The translations under genes and the position numbers were made by a program. From Halodesulfurarchaeum sp. (GTDB taxonomy: Archaea; Halobacteriota; Halobacteria; Halobacteriales; Halobacteriaceae), in contig JBDGUI010000001.1 of NCBI GenBank assembly GCA_042216015.1, forward strand, positions 11,100 through 25,130: a stretch of DNA of 14,031 bases, read 5' to 3'. This document shows, piece by piece, positions 6,919-14,031 of this stretch (position 1 is its first letter; the number at the start of each line of letters is the position of its first letter). The notes under the pieces were generated by a model. That model searched no databases, was not told where the DNA came from, and saw only the letters and a program-made list of their open reading frames with translations.

Positions 6919-8394
6919 TCAGATCGGCTTGAGGTCCGTTGCCCCCGACTCGAAACACCGACCACCGAGCAGAGCGGCTTCGATGGCGTCCTCGATTTCG
7001 TCCTCCTCCAGATCGTGACGGTTCTTGAGAGTTTCGACGAGTTCGGAGCGCGGGACGCCCGCCCCGCCACCGAGCTCCTTGAGGGTATCCACCACGAGAT
7101 CCTCGGGATCCTCCTCGGATAGATCGTCGGTGGTATCGGTTGCTTCCCCGTCGGGTTCGCCCGAGGAACCAGTCTCCACGTCATCGCCGGCGGTGGATTC
7201 TGTCTCATCGGTGACTTCCTTCTTTCTCGCCTCCGATTCGGCAGCACCGGCTTCGGGTTCGATTGCTGGGGTCTCCTCGGGATTGCCGATCTCTGTCCCG
7301 CTCTCGAAGCCGACGTCGTAGTTCTCCTCGACTTCGGCGCGTTCCTCCTCGGAGAGTTCGTAGAGTTCGTCGGATTCCGCCGAATCCTCTGTGACCGCCG
7401 TCGTCTGATCCTCGGTGGTTGACTCCGCTGCGGGCTTTCCGGTGCCGTCACCGTCGGTCGATTCGGATTCGGTCGCCCGATCGGATTCTGTCCCCCTGTC
7501 CGAATCCCCTTTCTCCGCCGGTTCGGCTTCGGTCTCCTCTACCGATTCCGAGTCGGTGGTTGGTTCGGCTTCGGTCTCCTCCTCCGATTCCGACTCCGTT
7601 TCGGCAGTTCCGGTCGACTCCTCTCGCTCACTGGAGACTGGCCCTGTCGATTCGTCGGTTTTTGGGGCCAGCGAGACGTCGGCGAACCCCGTCAGCACCG
7701 CTCCCTTGCCACCTTCGGAGGGTGTTCCACTGACTCCGGAAACTTCGTCGATCTCGCCGGTGACGACTCGAATGGCGTCCAGGGCCATCTGCTGGACCGT
7801 CTCGAGGTAGCCGGTGGTCGGTTCGTACTCACGGATTGCACGGGGGATACCGGCGGCCAGTCCCGGCTCGACGCCAGCGGCGGTCAGCCGGATGGACAAG
7901 TCCTCTCCGCGGGCGTCGAGTTCGAGGGCCTGGGCGAGCAGCCCAGTCCGTTCGAGGGTGTGCAGGGCGGTCTGGACGACCCAGCTGTCTCGCGTCTGGG
8001 CGTCGACCTCGCTCACCCGCTCCGGCCTGAGCGAGGTGAGGATTCGGTCCGATCCCTCGGGTTCGAAGGTGCGGGCCTTCCCGGTGAGTGAGACGAAGAT
8101 GGGCGGGTCCGCCCGTTCGAAGAACGCCAGCGCCTCGGGCTGATACTGGCCCGCGTAGAGGACGAATGCCCCCGTCGGATCGACGATCCGGGCGCGGAGC
8201 ACGCCGTCGCTCACCTCCTCGGTCTCGGTGAGGACGCCAACGACGAAGAGCCGGTTGATCCTGGCGCCCGTCGGGGTGACGAGATACTGTGGGGCCCGCT
8301 CGTCGTCGCTCTCGGCGTAACTGTACGTCGATTCGGCGAACTCGTCGGCGAAGACCCGATAGGCGACCTCGCGGGTCGGTGCGGCGCCGCTCAT
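6919..8394 (-). CDS. RPA-associated protein (Rpap1/RPA32-like): N-terminal OB fold, long acidic linker, probable C-terminal winged helix, 491 aa
   Basis: N-terminus REVAYRVFADEF...RAPQYLVTPTGARINRLFVVGVLTE...ARIVDPTGAFVLYAGQYQPEA is characteristic of haloarchaeal RPA-associated proteins. Followed by a phosphoesterase, as in the H. volcanii rpa1-rpap1-rpe operon. Confidence 0.85.
   Translation of the reverse strand: MSGAAPTREVAYRVFADEFAESTYSYAESDDERAPQYLVTPTGARINRLFVVGVLTETEEVSDGVLRARIVDPTGAFVLYAGQYQPEALAFFERADPPIFVSLTGKARTFEPEGSDRILTSLRPERVSEVDAQTRDSWVVQTALHTLERTGLLAQALELDARGEDLSIRLTAAGVEPGLAAGIPRAIREYEPTTGYLETVQQMALDAIRVVTGEIDEVSGVSGTPSEGGKGAVLTGFADVSLAPKTDESTGPVSSEREESTGTAETESESEEETEAEPTTDSESVEETEAEPAEKGDSDRGTESDRATESESTDGDGTGKPAAESTTEDQTTAVTEDSAESDELYELSEEERAEVEENYDVGFESGTEIGNPEETPAIEPEAGAAESEARKKEVTDETESTAGDDVETGSSGEPDGEATDTTDDLSEEDPEDLVVDTLKELGGGAGVPRSELVETLKNRHDLEEDEIEDAIEAALLGGRCFESGATDLKPI
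7520..7593. repeat. In-frame intragenic direct repeat (32 nt, 42-nt period) in the acidic linker
   Basis: ggttcggcttcggtctcctc(ta/ct)ccgattccga at 7520-7551 and 7562-7593, encoding SES(E/V)EETEAEP twice. Confidence 0.9.
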
Positions 8395-8498
8395 GTGCGG
8401 TGCACCTCCGGCTCAGAGCCGCCGTGTATCTCCCGGCCGGCCCCCACTCCAGCCGGTCCGAGTCCGATGGGGTCTCGCTGGCGTCGGTGAACGATCAT
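8391..8498 (-). CDS. Possible 35-aa leader/upstream ORF coupled to the rpap gene
   Basis: MIVHRRQRDPIGLGPAGVGAGREIHGGSEPEVHRT*. ATG lies 25 nt downstream of a TATA-like box and the stop overlaps the rpap start (ATGA). Composition is not acidic, so it may be only a 5' UTR. Confidence 0.35.
   Translation of the reverse strand: MIVHRRQRDPIGLGPAGVGAGREIHGGSEPEVHRT
8403..8409 (-). promoter_or_regulatory. Shine-Dalgarno motif of the rpap gene
   Basis: GGAGGTG 8 nt upstream of ATG 8394. Confidence 0.7.
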
Positions 8499-8522
8499 CG
8501 TCCCTGATTACTCCCGGCTTCC

Positions 8523-8530
8523 GGTAAAAG
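8523..8530 (-). promoter_or_regulatory. Putative TATA box for the rpap-rpe transcript
   Basis: CTTTTACC on the minus strand, the clearest AT-rich box in this intergenic region. Confidence 0.5.
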
Positions 8531-8589
8531 GGTACGGACGACCGCCACGGAGCGAAAGCGTTTCCCCGACTGCCTTGCCAGTATCGAAC

Positions 8590-9252
8590 ATGCACGTGGC
8601 CGTGAACGCCGCCATGAGCGTCGACGGGAAGCTCGCCTCACGGGAGCGCGAGCAACTGGCGATCAGCGGACCCGAAGATTTCGACCGCGTGGAGCGGCTT
8701 CGGGCCGAAACCGACGCGATAATGGTCGGCGTGGGCACGGTCCTGGCCGATGACCCGTCTCTCACGGTCGATGAACAGTCGGAACAATCTGCTCGCGATG
8801 CCCGGGGAGAGCCGGTCAATCCCGTTCGGATTGTCGCGGATTCGCGGGCTCGAACCCCGCCCGACGCGCGAGTCCTCGACGACGCCGCCGAGACCATCGT
8901 CCTCGTCAGCGAGGCGGTTCCGACCGAGCACGTTTCGACGCTCAGATCGGTCGGGGCGGAGATCGTCGAGACCGGAGCGAACCGGGTGGACCTGCAAGCA
9001 GCGCTCGAACAGCTGGAGGCAGCGGGTATCGAGACCCTGCTCGTGGAGGGCGGGGGCGAACTCATCTATTCGCTCTTCGAGGCCGAACTCGTCGACGAAC
9101 TGTCCGTCTACGTGGGCTCGATCGTCATCGGGGGGCGGGACGCTCCAACGCTGGCGGACGGGTCGGGGTTCACCGACTCGTATCCGAAGCTGTCCCTCCA
9201 GTCGGTCGAGAAACTTGGTGAGGGGGTATTACTCCAGTACGCCGTCGAGTGA
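8590..9252 (+). CDS. arfC: 2,5-diamino-6-(ribosylamino)-4(3H)-pyrimidinone 5'-phosphate reductase (archaeal RibD-C/Rib7-type), 220 aa
   Basis: MHVAVNAAMSVDGK, DAIMVGVGTVLADDPSLT, PVRIVADSRARTP, LLVEGGGEL, IGGRDAPT. Stand-alone reductase with no deaminase domain. Start at ATG 8590. Confidence 0.92.
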   Translation: MHVAVNAAMSVDGKLASREREQLAISGPEDFDRVERLRAETDAIMVGVGTVLADDPSLTVDEQSEQSARDARGEPVNPVRIVADSRARTPPDARVLDDAAETIVLVSEAVPTEHVSTLRSVGAEIVETGANRVDLQAALEQLEAAGIETLLVEGGGELIYSLFEAELVDELSVYVGSIVIGGRDAPTLADGSGFTDSYPKLSLQSVEKLGEGVLLQYAVE

Positions 9253-9271
9253 GAAATCCTGCCAGAAGGAG

Positions 9272-9556
9272 TCAGTGCGAGTGTCCCGTGGCCGTTGCGT
9301 AACTCACGCCGAAACGATCCTCGAAAATCGCCATCATGTCGGCTTCGATCGCCTCGATCTCCTCCTGGTCCTCGCCTTCGTTGTGATGGGCCAGCGCGTG
9401 TGCCCGCTCGGCGAAAGCCATGACGAGCATGTCCCCGGCGATCTGGGCGTCGGTTTCCTCAGGCTCCTCGCGATAGAGGTCAAGAATCGCCTCGGGGAGT
9501 TCGAGTTCGTCACCGTCGGTCTCCGTTTCGATTGCGACACGTGTGGTGTCAGCCAT
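9272..9556 (-). CDS. Small acidic haloarchaeal protein of unknown function (DUF7545-like), 94 aa
   Basis: Acidic ORF ending FEDRFGVSYATATGHSH, with its own TATA-like box, downstream of trxB. The family name is from recall. Confidence 0.85.
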   Translation of the reverse strand: MADTTRVAIETETDGDELELPEAILDLYREEPEETDAQIAGDMLVMAFAERAHALAHHNEGEDQEEIEAIEADMMAIFEDRFGVSYATATGHSH

Positions 9557-9579
9557 GAGTCGGATAGGCCGAGATGCCT

Positions 9580-9586
9580 TGTAAAG
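9580..9586 (-). promoter_or_regulatory. Putative TATA box of the 94-aa gene
   Basis: CTTTACA on the minus strand, 24 nt upstream of ATG 9556. Confidence 0.5.
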
Positions 9587-9639
9587 CTGGTCATCGTCGG
9601 GCCCCGGACAGGTCGGTTACCCGGAAGCGGGTTGCTCCG

Positions 9640-10731
9640 TCAGTCGTCCGCCGGTGCCGGTTCCGTCTGGGTCACCGACTCCGGTCCGCCCCCGGCCAGC
9701 CACTCGTCGACGTCGAGTGCGGCCTGACTACCCATTCCGGCCGCCGTGACCGCCTGCTGGTAGTGGAAGTCGACGACGTCTCCCGCGCCGAAGATGCCCT
9801 CGACGTCCGTCTTGGTCTGGTTGCCACCCCGACCCCCCTTCGTCACCAAATAGCCGTCGTCGTCGAGTTCGACGGCCGTATCCTCCAGATAGTCCGTGTT
9901 CGGCGTGTGACCGATCGCGAGGAACACGGCACCGACGTCCATCGTGTCCTCTTCGACCTCCTCGCCGGCCTCCAGCCGCTCTTTGGGATGGCCCTCGGGA
10001 TGCGAGACGACGTGAACGTGATCGATCCCGTCCTCTGGAGTTCCGTGAATCTCCGTGACCTCGGTGTTTCTGACGAGTTCGATGTCGCCGGCCTCGACGG
10101 CCTCCATCGTCCGGTCGATCCAGAAGTCCTCGGCCCGGAACTGCTCGCGGCGATGGACGATGTAGACGGTGTCGGCGAACTTGGTGAGAAAGTTCGCCTC
10201 CTCCATCGCCGCGTCGCCGCCACCGACAACGATCATGTCCTCATCGCGGAAGAAGGCCCCATCGCAGGTCGCACAGGTCGAGACGCCGTAGCCCATCAGC
10301 TCGTCTTCGCCCGGGACGCCCAGGGTCCGGGCGCTCGCGCCACTCGCGGCAATCACGGCGTCGGCGGTGTACTCCTCACCGTTCGAGAGGCCGATTTCGA
10401 AGGGATGGACCGAATCGTCGACTGAGACGACGATCCCGTGTTCGATATCCGCGCCGAACTTCTCTGCCTGCGTTCGCATGCGATTGATGAGTTCTGAGCC
10501 GTTGATACCGTCGGGGAATCCGGGATAATTGTCCACCTCCGTGGTGAGTGTGAGCTGTCCTCCCGGTTCGTCCCCCTCGATGAGCAATGGGTCGTTGTTG
10601 GCCCGACCCGCGTAGATGGCGGCCGTGAGGGCAGCGATTCCCGACCCGACGATGACGAGGCGCTGGTGGCCGGCACCCGAGTCCTCCGATCCGTCGCCGA
10701 CCGATCTGGTGTCTGTCTGGGGCGTTTCCAT
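9640..10731 (-). CDS. trxB: Thioredoxin-disulfide reductase, 363 aa
   Basis: FAD-binding GSGIAALTAA, GGQLTLTTEVDNYPGF, redox centre CATCDG, NAD(P)H-binding GGGDAAMEEA and HRREQFRA, C-terminal FGAGDV...QAVTAAGMG. Confidence 0.96.
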   Translation of the reverse strand: METPQTDTRSVGDGSEDSGAGHQRLVIVGSGIAALTAAIYAGRANNDPLLIEGDEPGGQLTLTTEVDNYPGFPDGINGSELINRMRTQAEKFGADIEHGIVVSVDDSVHPFEIGLSNGEEYTADAVIAASGASARTLGVPGEDELMGYGVSTCATCDGAFFRDEDMIVVGGGDAAMEEANFLTKFADTVYIVHRREQFRAEDFWIDRTMEAVEAGDIELVRNTEVTEIHGTPEDGIDHVHVVSHPEGHPKERLEAGEEVEEDTMDVGAVFLAIGHTPNTDYLEDTAVELDDDGYLVTKGGRGGNQTKTDVEGIFGAGDVVDFHYQQAVTAAGMGSQAALDVDEWLAGGGPESVTQTEPAPADD

Positions 10732-10756
10732 ACCGAATGAAAGTGCCCGAAGCGCC

Positions 10757-10763
10757 TATTTAC
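10757..10763 (-). promoter_or_regulatory. Putative TATA box of trxB
   Basis: GTAAATA on the minus strand, 26 nt upstream of ATG 10731. Confidence 0.55.
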
Positions 10764-10826
10764 CTTGCGCCATCGGTGCTGTGTTCCTACACGATTCGGG
10801 CGGCCGGACGGCGTTCGAATGGAAGC

Positions 10827-10895
10827 CACCCATCCGTCACGTTTAGGCCCGTTTCAGGAGACACGCACCCATCCGGCACGTTTAGGCCCGTTCCA
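10827..10895 (+). repeat. 30-bp direct repeat (39-nt period) containing the putative DUF357 promoter
   Basis: cacccatccgtcacgtttaggcccgtttca (10827-10856) and cacccatccggcacgtttaggcccgttcca (10866-10895), 28/30 identical. Confidence 0.93.
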
Positions 10896-10910
10896 TCCCT
10901 GGGACGTCGT

Positions 10911-11201
10911 ATGCCCGCATCCCTCGATGAGAAGACCGAACGGTATGAAGCGCTCCTCGCTTCGGCTCTCGACGCGGCGGAACCGACCCCCGATCCTGAC
11001 ACCCCGCTTGGAACCGTCGCAAGCGAGTTCGAGGAGATGGCTCGCTCGTACCTCGAGGATGGCAGACACTTTCGGGAGGTGTCGGATTCGGTCAACGCGC
11101 TCGCGGCCTTTTCCTACGGCCATGCCTGGCTCGACGCCGGGGCCAGAATCGGGGTCTTTTCGGTCCCCGAAAGGAGCGATCTCTTCACGGTCGAATCCTG
11201 A
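10911..11201 (+). CDS. DUF357 family protein, 96 aa
   Basis: MPASLDEKTERYE...EMARSYLEDGRHF...VNALAAFSYGHAWLDAGARIG matches the archaeal DUF357 signature. Start at ATG 10911. Confidence 0.9.
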   Translation: MPASLDEKTERYEALLASALDAAEPTPDPDTPLGTVASEFEEMARSYLEDGRHFREVSDSVNALAAFSYGHAWLDAGARIGVFSVPERSDLFTVES

Positions 11202-11284
11202 GCGCACTGGAGGTCCCTGTGGGCGATTCTTCGTGACTGCGTCCACGTTGTGGACGTTCGACATCCATCCGGGCGGAACGTGCG

Positions 11285-11293
11285 TTTTTTAAC
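11285..11293 (+). promoter_or_regulatory. Putative TATA box of the rpl21e-rpo4 operon
   Basis: TTTTTTAAC about 29 nt upstream of ATG 11322. Confidence 0.65.
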
Positions 11294-11321
11294 CGTCACC
11301 GCAGTACGGACTCCCAAGACA

Positions 11322-11615
11322 ATGCCGTCGTCCAATGGACCCCTCGAAGGAACCCGGAAGAAACTCTCCAACAAGCCACGTGAGCGGGGCACGTCACCCC
11401 CACAGCGGTCCGTCGCGGAATTCGAACCGGGCCAGGCCGTCCACCTCAAGATCGACCCGAGCGTGCCGAAGGGTCGCTTCCATCCGCGATTCAACGGTCA
11501 CACCGGCACGGTCGTCGGGAAACAGGGTACGGCGTACAAGGTCGAGATCGACGACCGCGGCAAGGAAAAGACGCTACTTGCCGGCCCGGCCCACCTCCAC
11601 GAGCAGCAGGACTGA
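11322..11615 (+). CDS. rpl21e: 50S ribosomal protein L21e (eL21), 97 aa
   Basis: [15 protein letters not shown]...[30 protein letters not shown]...[10 protein letters not shown]. Confidence 0.97.
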   Translation: MPSSNGPLEGTRKKLSNKPRERGTSPPQRSVAEFEPGQAVHLKIDPSVPKGRFHPRFNGHTGTVVGKQGTAYKVEIDDRGKEKTLLAGPAHLHEQQD

Positions 11616-11616
11616 C

Positions 11617-11973
11617 ATGAGCCTCTTCAAGGAGACCCTCGAAGAGGAGTTACTCACCGTCCCGGAGGCAAAGGAACTGCTCGCCGGTGTCGAAGCCGAG
11701 CGCGCGGAGGACGAAGACAGGGAACTCCGGTACGAACTCGCCAGGGCCATCGACCACGTCAACCGGTTTGCCGTCCTCGACGTCGATGAGTCACTGGAGT
11801 TGGTCGAGGAACTCGAGGCGCTCGAGACCGTCGATGAGCCCGTCGCGTACAAGATCGCGAACCTCCTTCCGCGAAGCCGGACCGAACTCCGTGCGGTATT
11901 CGCTCAGGAGCGATACGCACTCGACGGGGATGAACTCGACGAGATTCTCGACATCGTCTCGAAGTACGCCTGA
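11617..11973 (+). CDS. rpoF: RNA polymerase subunit Rpo4 (RpoF, Rpb4 family), 118 aa
   Basis: MSLFKETLEEELLTVPEAKELL...YELARAIDH...KIANLLPRSRTELRAVF...LDEILDIVSKY. Conserved position after rpl21e with a 1-nt gap. Confidence 0.95.
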   Translation: MSLFKETLEEELLTVPEAKELLAGVEAERAEDEDRELRYELARAIDHVNRFAVLDVDESLELVEELEALETVDEPVAYKIANLLPRSRTELRAVFAQERYALDGDELDEILDIVSKYA

Positions 11974-12019
11974 TCGGGCGGCATGCGGGCCATCGATGTC
12001 GCGGGAATGGGGACCATTG

Positions 12020-12025
12020 TTTAAG
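12020..12025 (+). promoter_or_regulatory. Putative internal TATA box upstream of the DUF655 gene
   Basis: TTTAAG 25 nt upstream of ATG 12050. Confidence 0.55.
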
Positions 12026-12049
12026 TGAGGACCTCCCGTATGCGGGTAT

Positions 12050-12622
12050 ATGACCGAGGACACCGGCAAGTCGGACCCCTCATACGGGGTCGTCTTGGAC
12101 GTGTTGGCCCACGGCCGAAGTGACGCCGACGAGCCACAGTACCGCCGGTCGCCGGTGATTTACGCGGTCGGCACCGACCACTTCTCGCTTTACGAACTCA
12201 CACTTTCGGAGGACGCGGACATCTCGATCGGCGATCGGATTCGGCTCCGTCCCGATTTCGAGGACGGGATCGACCGGGGGCGCCAGGTCGAGTACGAGGG
12301 ACTCTCCGACGGCGCGAAATCCGAATTGGACTACGTCATCGAGGAGATCATCGAGGCCGAGGAGTCCCGGTTCGTGGACTTCTTCAACGAGGCCCAGCCG
12401 GTGAGCTTACGTCTCCACCAACTCAACCTCCTGCCGGGAATCGGCGACAAGCTTCGGGACACCATTCTCGACCAGCGAAAGCGCCAGCCATTCGACTCCT
12501 TCGAGGACCTGGAAAACCGGGTCTCCGGGCTGCACGACCCGAAGTCAATCGTCGTCGACCGGGTTCGGGCCGAGATCACCGGCGACGAAGATCTCAAGTA
12601 CGACATCTTCACCGCCTCGTAA
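12050..12622 (+). CDS. DUF655 family protein (predicted nucleic-acid binding, HhH motif), 190 aa
   Basis: FVDFFNEAQPVSLRLHQLNLLPGIGDKL...PFDSFEDLENRV. Conserved archaeal position between rpoF and ksgA. Confidence 0.92.
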   Translation: MTEDTGKSDPSYGVVLDVLAHGRSDADEPQYRRSPVIYAVGTDHFSLYELTLSEDADISIGDRIRLRPDFEDGIDRGRQVEYEGLSDGAKSELDYVIEEIIEAEESRFVDFFNEAQPVSLRLHQLNLLPGIGDKLRDTILDQRKRQPFDSFEDLENRVSGLHDPKSIVVDRVRAEITGDEDLKYDIFTAS

Positions 12623-12654
12623 GGGGTAAACTCCGTGGCCGTTTACACCGGGCA

Positions 12655-13479
12655 ATGACGCCACGCGATCCGGATCGACTGGCGGCGACCGCCGGTCGTG
12701 GCGATACCGACCGGGATCAACACTTTCTCGTCGACGACCGCGTGCTCGACCGGATCCCCGGGTACGCGGCGGACTTCGATTTGTCCCACGCACTCGAGAT
12801 CGGGCCGGGGCCGGGGGCGCTGACCGATCGGCTCCTCGCGGTCGCCGATTCCGTCACGGCCATCGAGCGCGATTCGAGTCTCGTCTCCCATCTGGAGGCC
12901 GAATTCGCCGACGAGATCGAGACCGGCCAACTCACCGTCGTCGAGGGTGACGCCCTCGAGATTCCGTTACCGGACTACTCCGTCTGTATCTCGAATCTCC
13001 CCTACGGCATCTCGACGGAAGTGACGTTCAGACTCCTTCGCGAGGGGAAACCGGCGGTGTTGATGTTTCAAAAGGAGGTGGCTGATCGATTAGCCGCCGA
13101 GCCAGGGAGGAGTGAGTACGGGCGCCTCTCCGTCGGTGCCCAGCACTACGCCGAGGTGGAGATCCTCGAGCCGGTTCCTCCAGAAGCGTTCGATCCCCAA
13201 CCGGCAGTCGACAGTGCGATCGTCTCGCTTACGCCACGGGAGCCGGATTACGAGATTCCCGAGGACGAGGCGTTCCTCACACTCGTCAAGGCGCTGTTCA
13301 CCCAGCGCCGGAAGACGGTCCGTAACGCGATCCGGAACACGGTCCACATCTCCGGCATCGAGAACCCGGATAGGGTCATCGACGCGCTCCCCGACGTCAT
13401 CCCGAAGAAGCGACCCGACGCGCTCGAACCGGCCGAGTACGCTGTTATCGCCTCCACCGCGGCTCGCATCGATGCCTGA
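12655..13479 (+). CDS. rsmA: 16S rRNA adenine dimethyltransferase KsgA/Dim1, 274 aa
   Basis: DQHFLVD, LEIGPGPGALT, AIERD, GDAL, SNLPYGIS, MFQKEVADRL, YGRLSV, FDPQPAVDS, FTQRRKT. Confidence 0.96.
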   Translation: MTPRDPDRLAATAGRGDTDRDQHFLVDDRVLDRIPGYAADFDLSHALEIGPGPGALTDRLLAVADSVTAIERDSSLVSHLEAEFADEIETGQLTVVEGDALEIPLPDYSVCISNLPYGISTEVTFRLLREGKPAVLMFQKEVADRLAAEPGRSEYGRLSVGAQHYAEVEILEPVPPEAFDPQPAVDSAIVSLTPREPDYEIPEDEAFLTLVKALFTQRRKTVRNAIRNTVHISGIENPDRVIDALPDVIPKKRPDALEPAEYAVIASTAARIDA

Positions 13480-14031
13480 TTTGGCCGACCGCCGGGGAAT
13501 CGAGACCGAGGTGTATGGGCCCGCGGAGGACTCCCGGCTTCTTCTCGAGGCCGCCCGATCCGAAATCGACGCGTGTGACCTGGTTCTCGAAGTCGGGACC
13601 GGGTCCGGATACGTCGCGAGCGAATTGAGGGTCGAAATCGGGGCGAACGTCGTGGGAGCGGATGTCAATCCTCACGCGTGCAGGCAGGCGGGCGAACGCG
13701 GTGTCCAGGCGGTCCGAGCCGATCTGGTCGGCCCGTTTCGGGACGGGGTCTTCGATGTCGTTCTGTTCAACCCACCCTACCTGCCCAGAGTCGAGGTCGC
13801 AGAGCGGGACGACTGGGTCGAGCAGGCGTTGACCGGTGGAGAAACCGGTCGTGAGGTGATCGAGCCGTTCATCGAGGCGGTGGGTCGAGTGCTGGTTCCT
13901 GGGGGGTTCGTGTTGGTGGTCGTGAGTACGCTGACGGGTGTGGCGGAGGTCGAAGCCAAGGCCGTGGAGGCCGGGTTCGAAGTCGAGACGGTCAGGGAGG
14001 AGTCGTTTCCGTTCGAGCGGTTGTTGGTGCT
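13472..14031 (+). CDS. prmC: HemK2/MTQ2-family release-factor glutamine methyltransferase, 3'-partial (runs off the window)
   Basis: Manual translation MPDLADRRGIETEVYGPAEDSRLL...VLEVGTGSGYVA...DVNPHA...FDVVLFNPPYLP...ALTGGETGREVI...FPFERLLV. Start overlaps the rsmA end by 8 nt. Missing from the ORF track because there is no stop in the window. Confidence 0.93.
   Translation, partial: MPDLADRRGIETEVYGPAEDSRLLLEAARSEIDACDLVLEVGTGSGYVASELRVEIGANVVGADVNPHACRQAGERGVQAVRADLVGPFRDGVFDVVLFNPPYLPRVEVAERDDWVEQALTGGETGREVIEPFIEAVGRVLVPGGFVLVVVSTLTGVAEVEAKAVEAGFEVETVREESFPFERLLV

Noticed and set aside
9591..9660. Possible duplicated 3' end after trxB (GACGATGA vs GACGACTGA)
   Set aside because: The match is too short and gapped to distinguish from chance.
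11162..11232. Possible duplicated 3' end after DUF357 (ggtccc...gcgat.tcttc)
   Set aside because: Needs several gaps and does not preserve frame.
88..13959. Numerous long overlapping and antisense ORFs in the track (e.g. 1061..2437, 5569..7122, 6285..7451, 8750..9727)
   Set aside because: Shadow ORFs of high-GC coding sequence, mostly Arg/Ser/Pro/Gly-rich, with no motifs and overlapping confidently identified genes.
13860..14031. G+T-rich stretch at the window end
   Set aside because: It lies within the intact prmC frame and is largely explained by Val/Gly/Glu codons.

Overview
GC-rich haloarchaeal (class Halobacteria) chromosomal core region, judged from the acidic proteins, archaeal-type genes and TATA boxes about 25 nt upstream of start codons. 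Gene order: 44-aa C2HC zinc-finger microprotein (-, absent from the ORF track), cdc48 paralog (+), HAD hydrolase (+), Lhr helicase (-), metallophosphoesterase (-), RPA-associated OB-fold protein (-), archaeal riboflavin-pathway reductase (+), small acidic protein (-), thioredoxin reductase (-), DUF357 (+), then rpl21e, rpo4/rpoF, DUF655, rsmA/ksgA and a partial prmC/HemK2 (all +). No IS, CRISPR, tRNA or rRNA was seen. The unexplained signals are intergenic. (i) Up to three genes are followed directly by short diverged copies of their own last codons, with mostly synonymous or conservative changes. (ii) A consensus BRE-TATA promoter with no gene behind it points into a GC-rich stem-loop between the HAD and lhr genes (candidate sRNA). 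(iii) The rpap-rpe pair lacks the upstream rpa1 known from Haloferax volcanii, and a 35-codon ATGA-coupled ORF sits there instead. (iv) The DUF357 promoter is tandemly duplicated.
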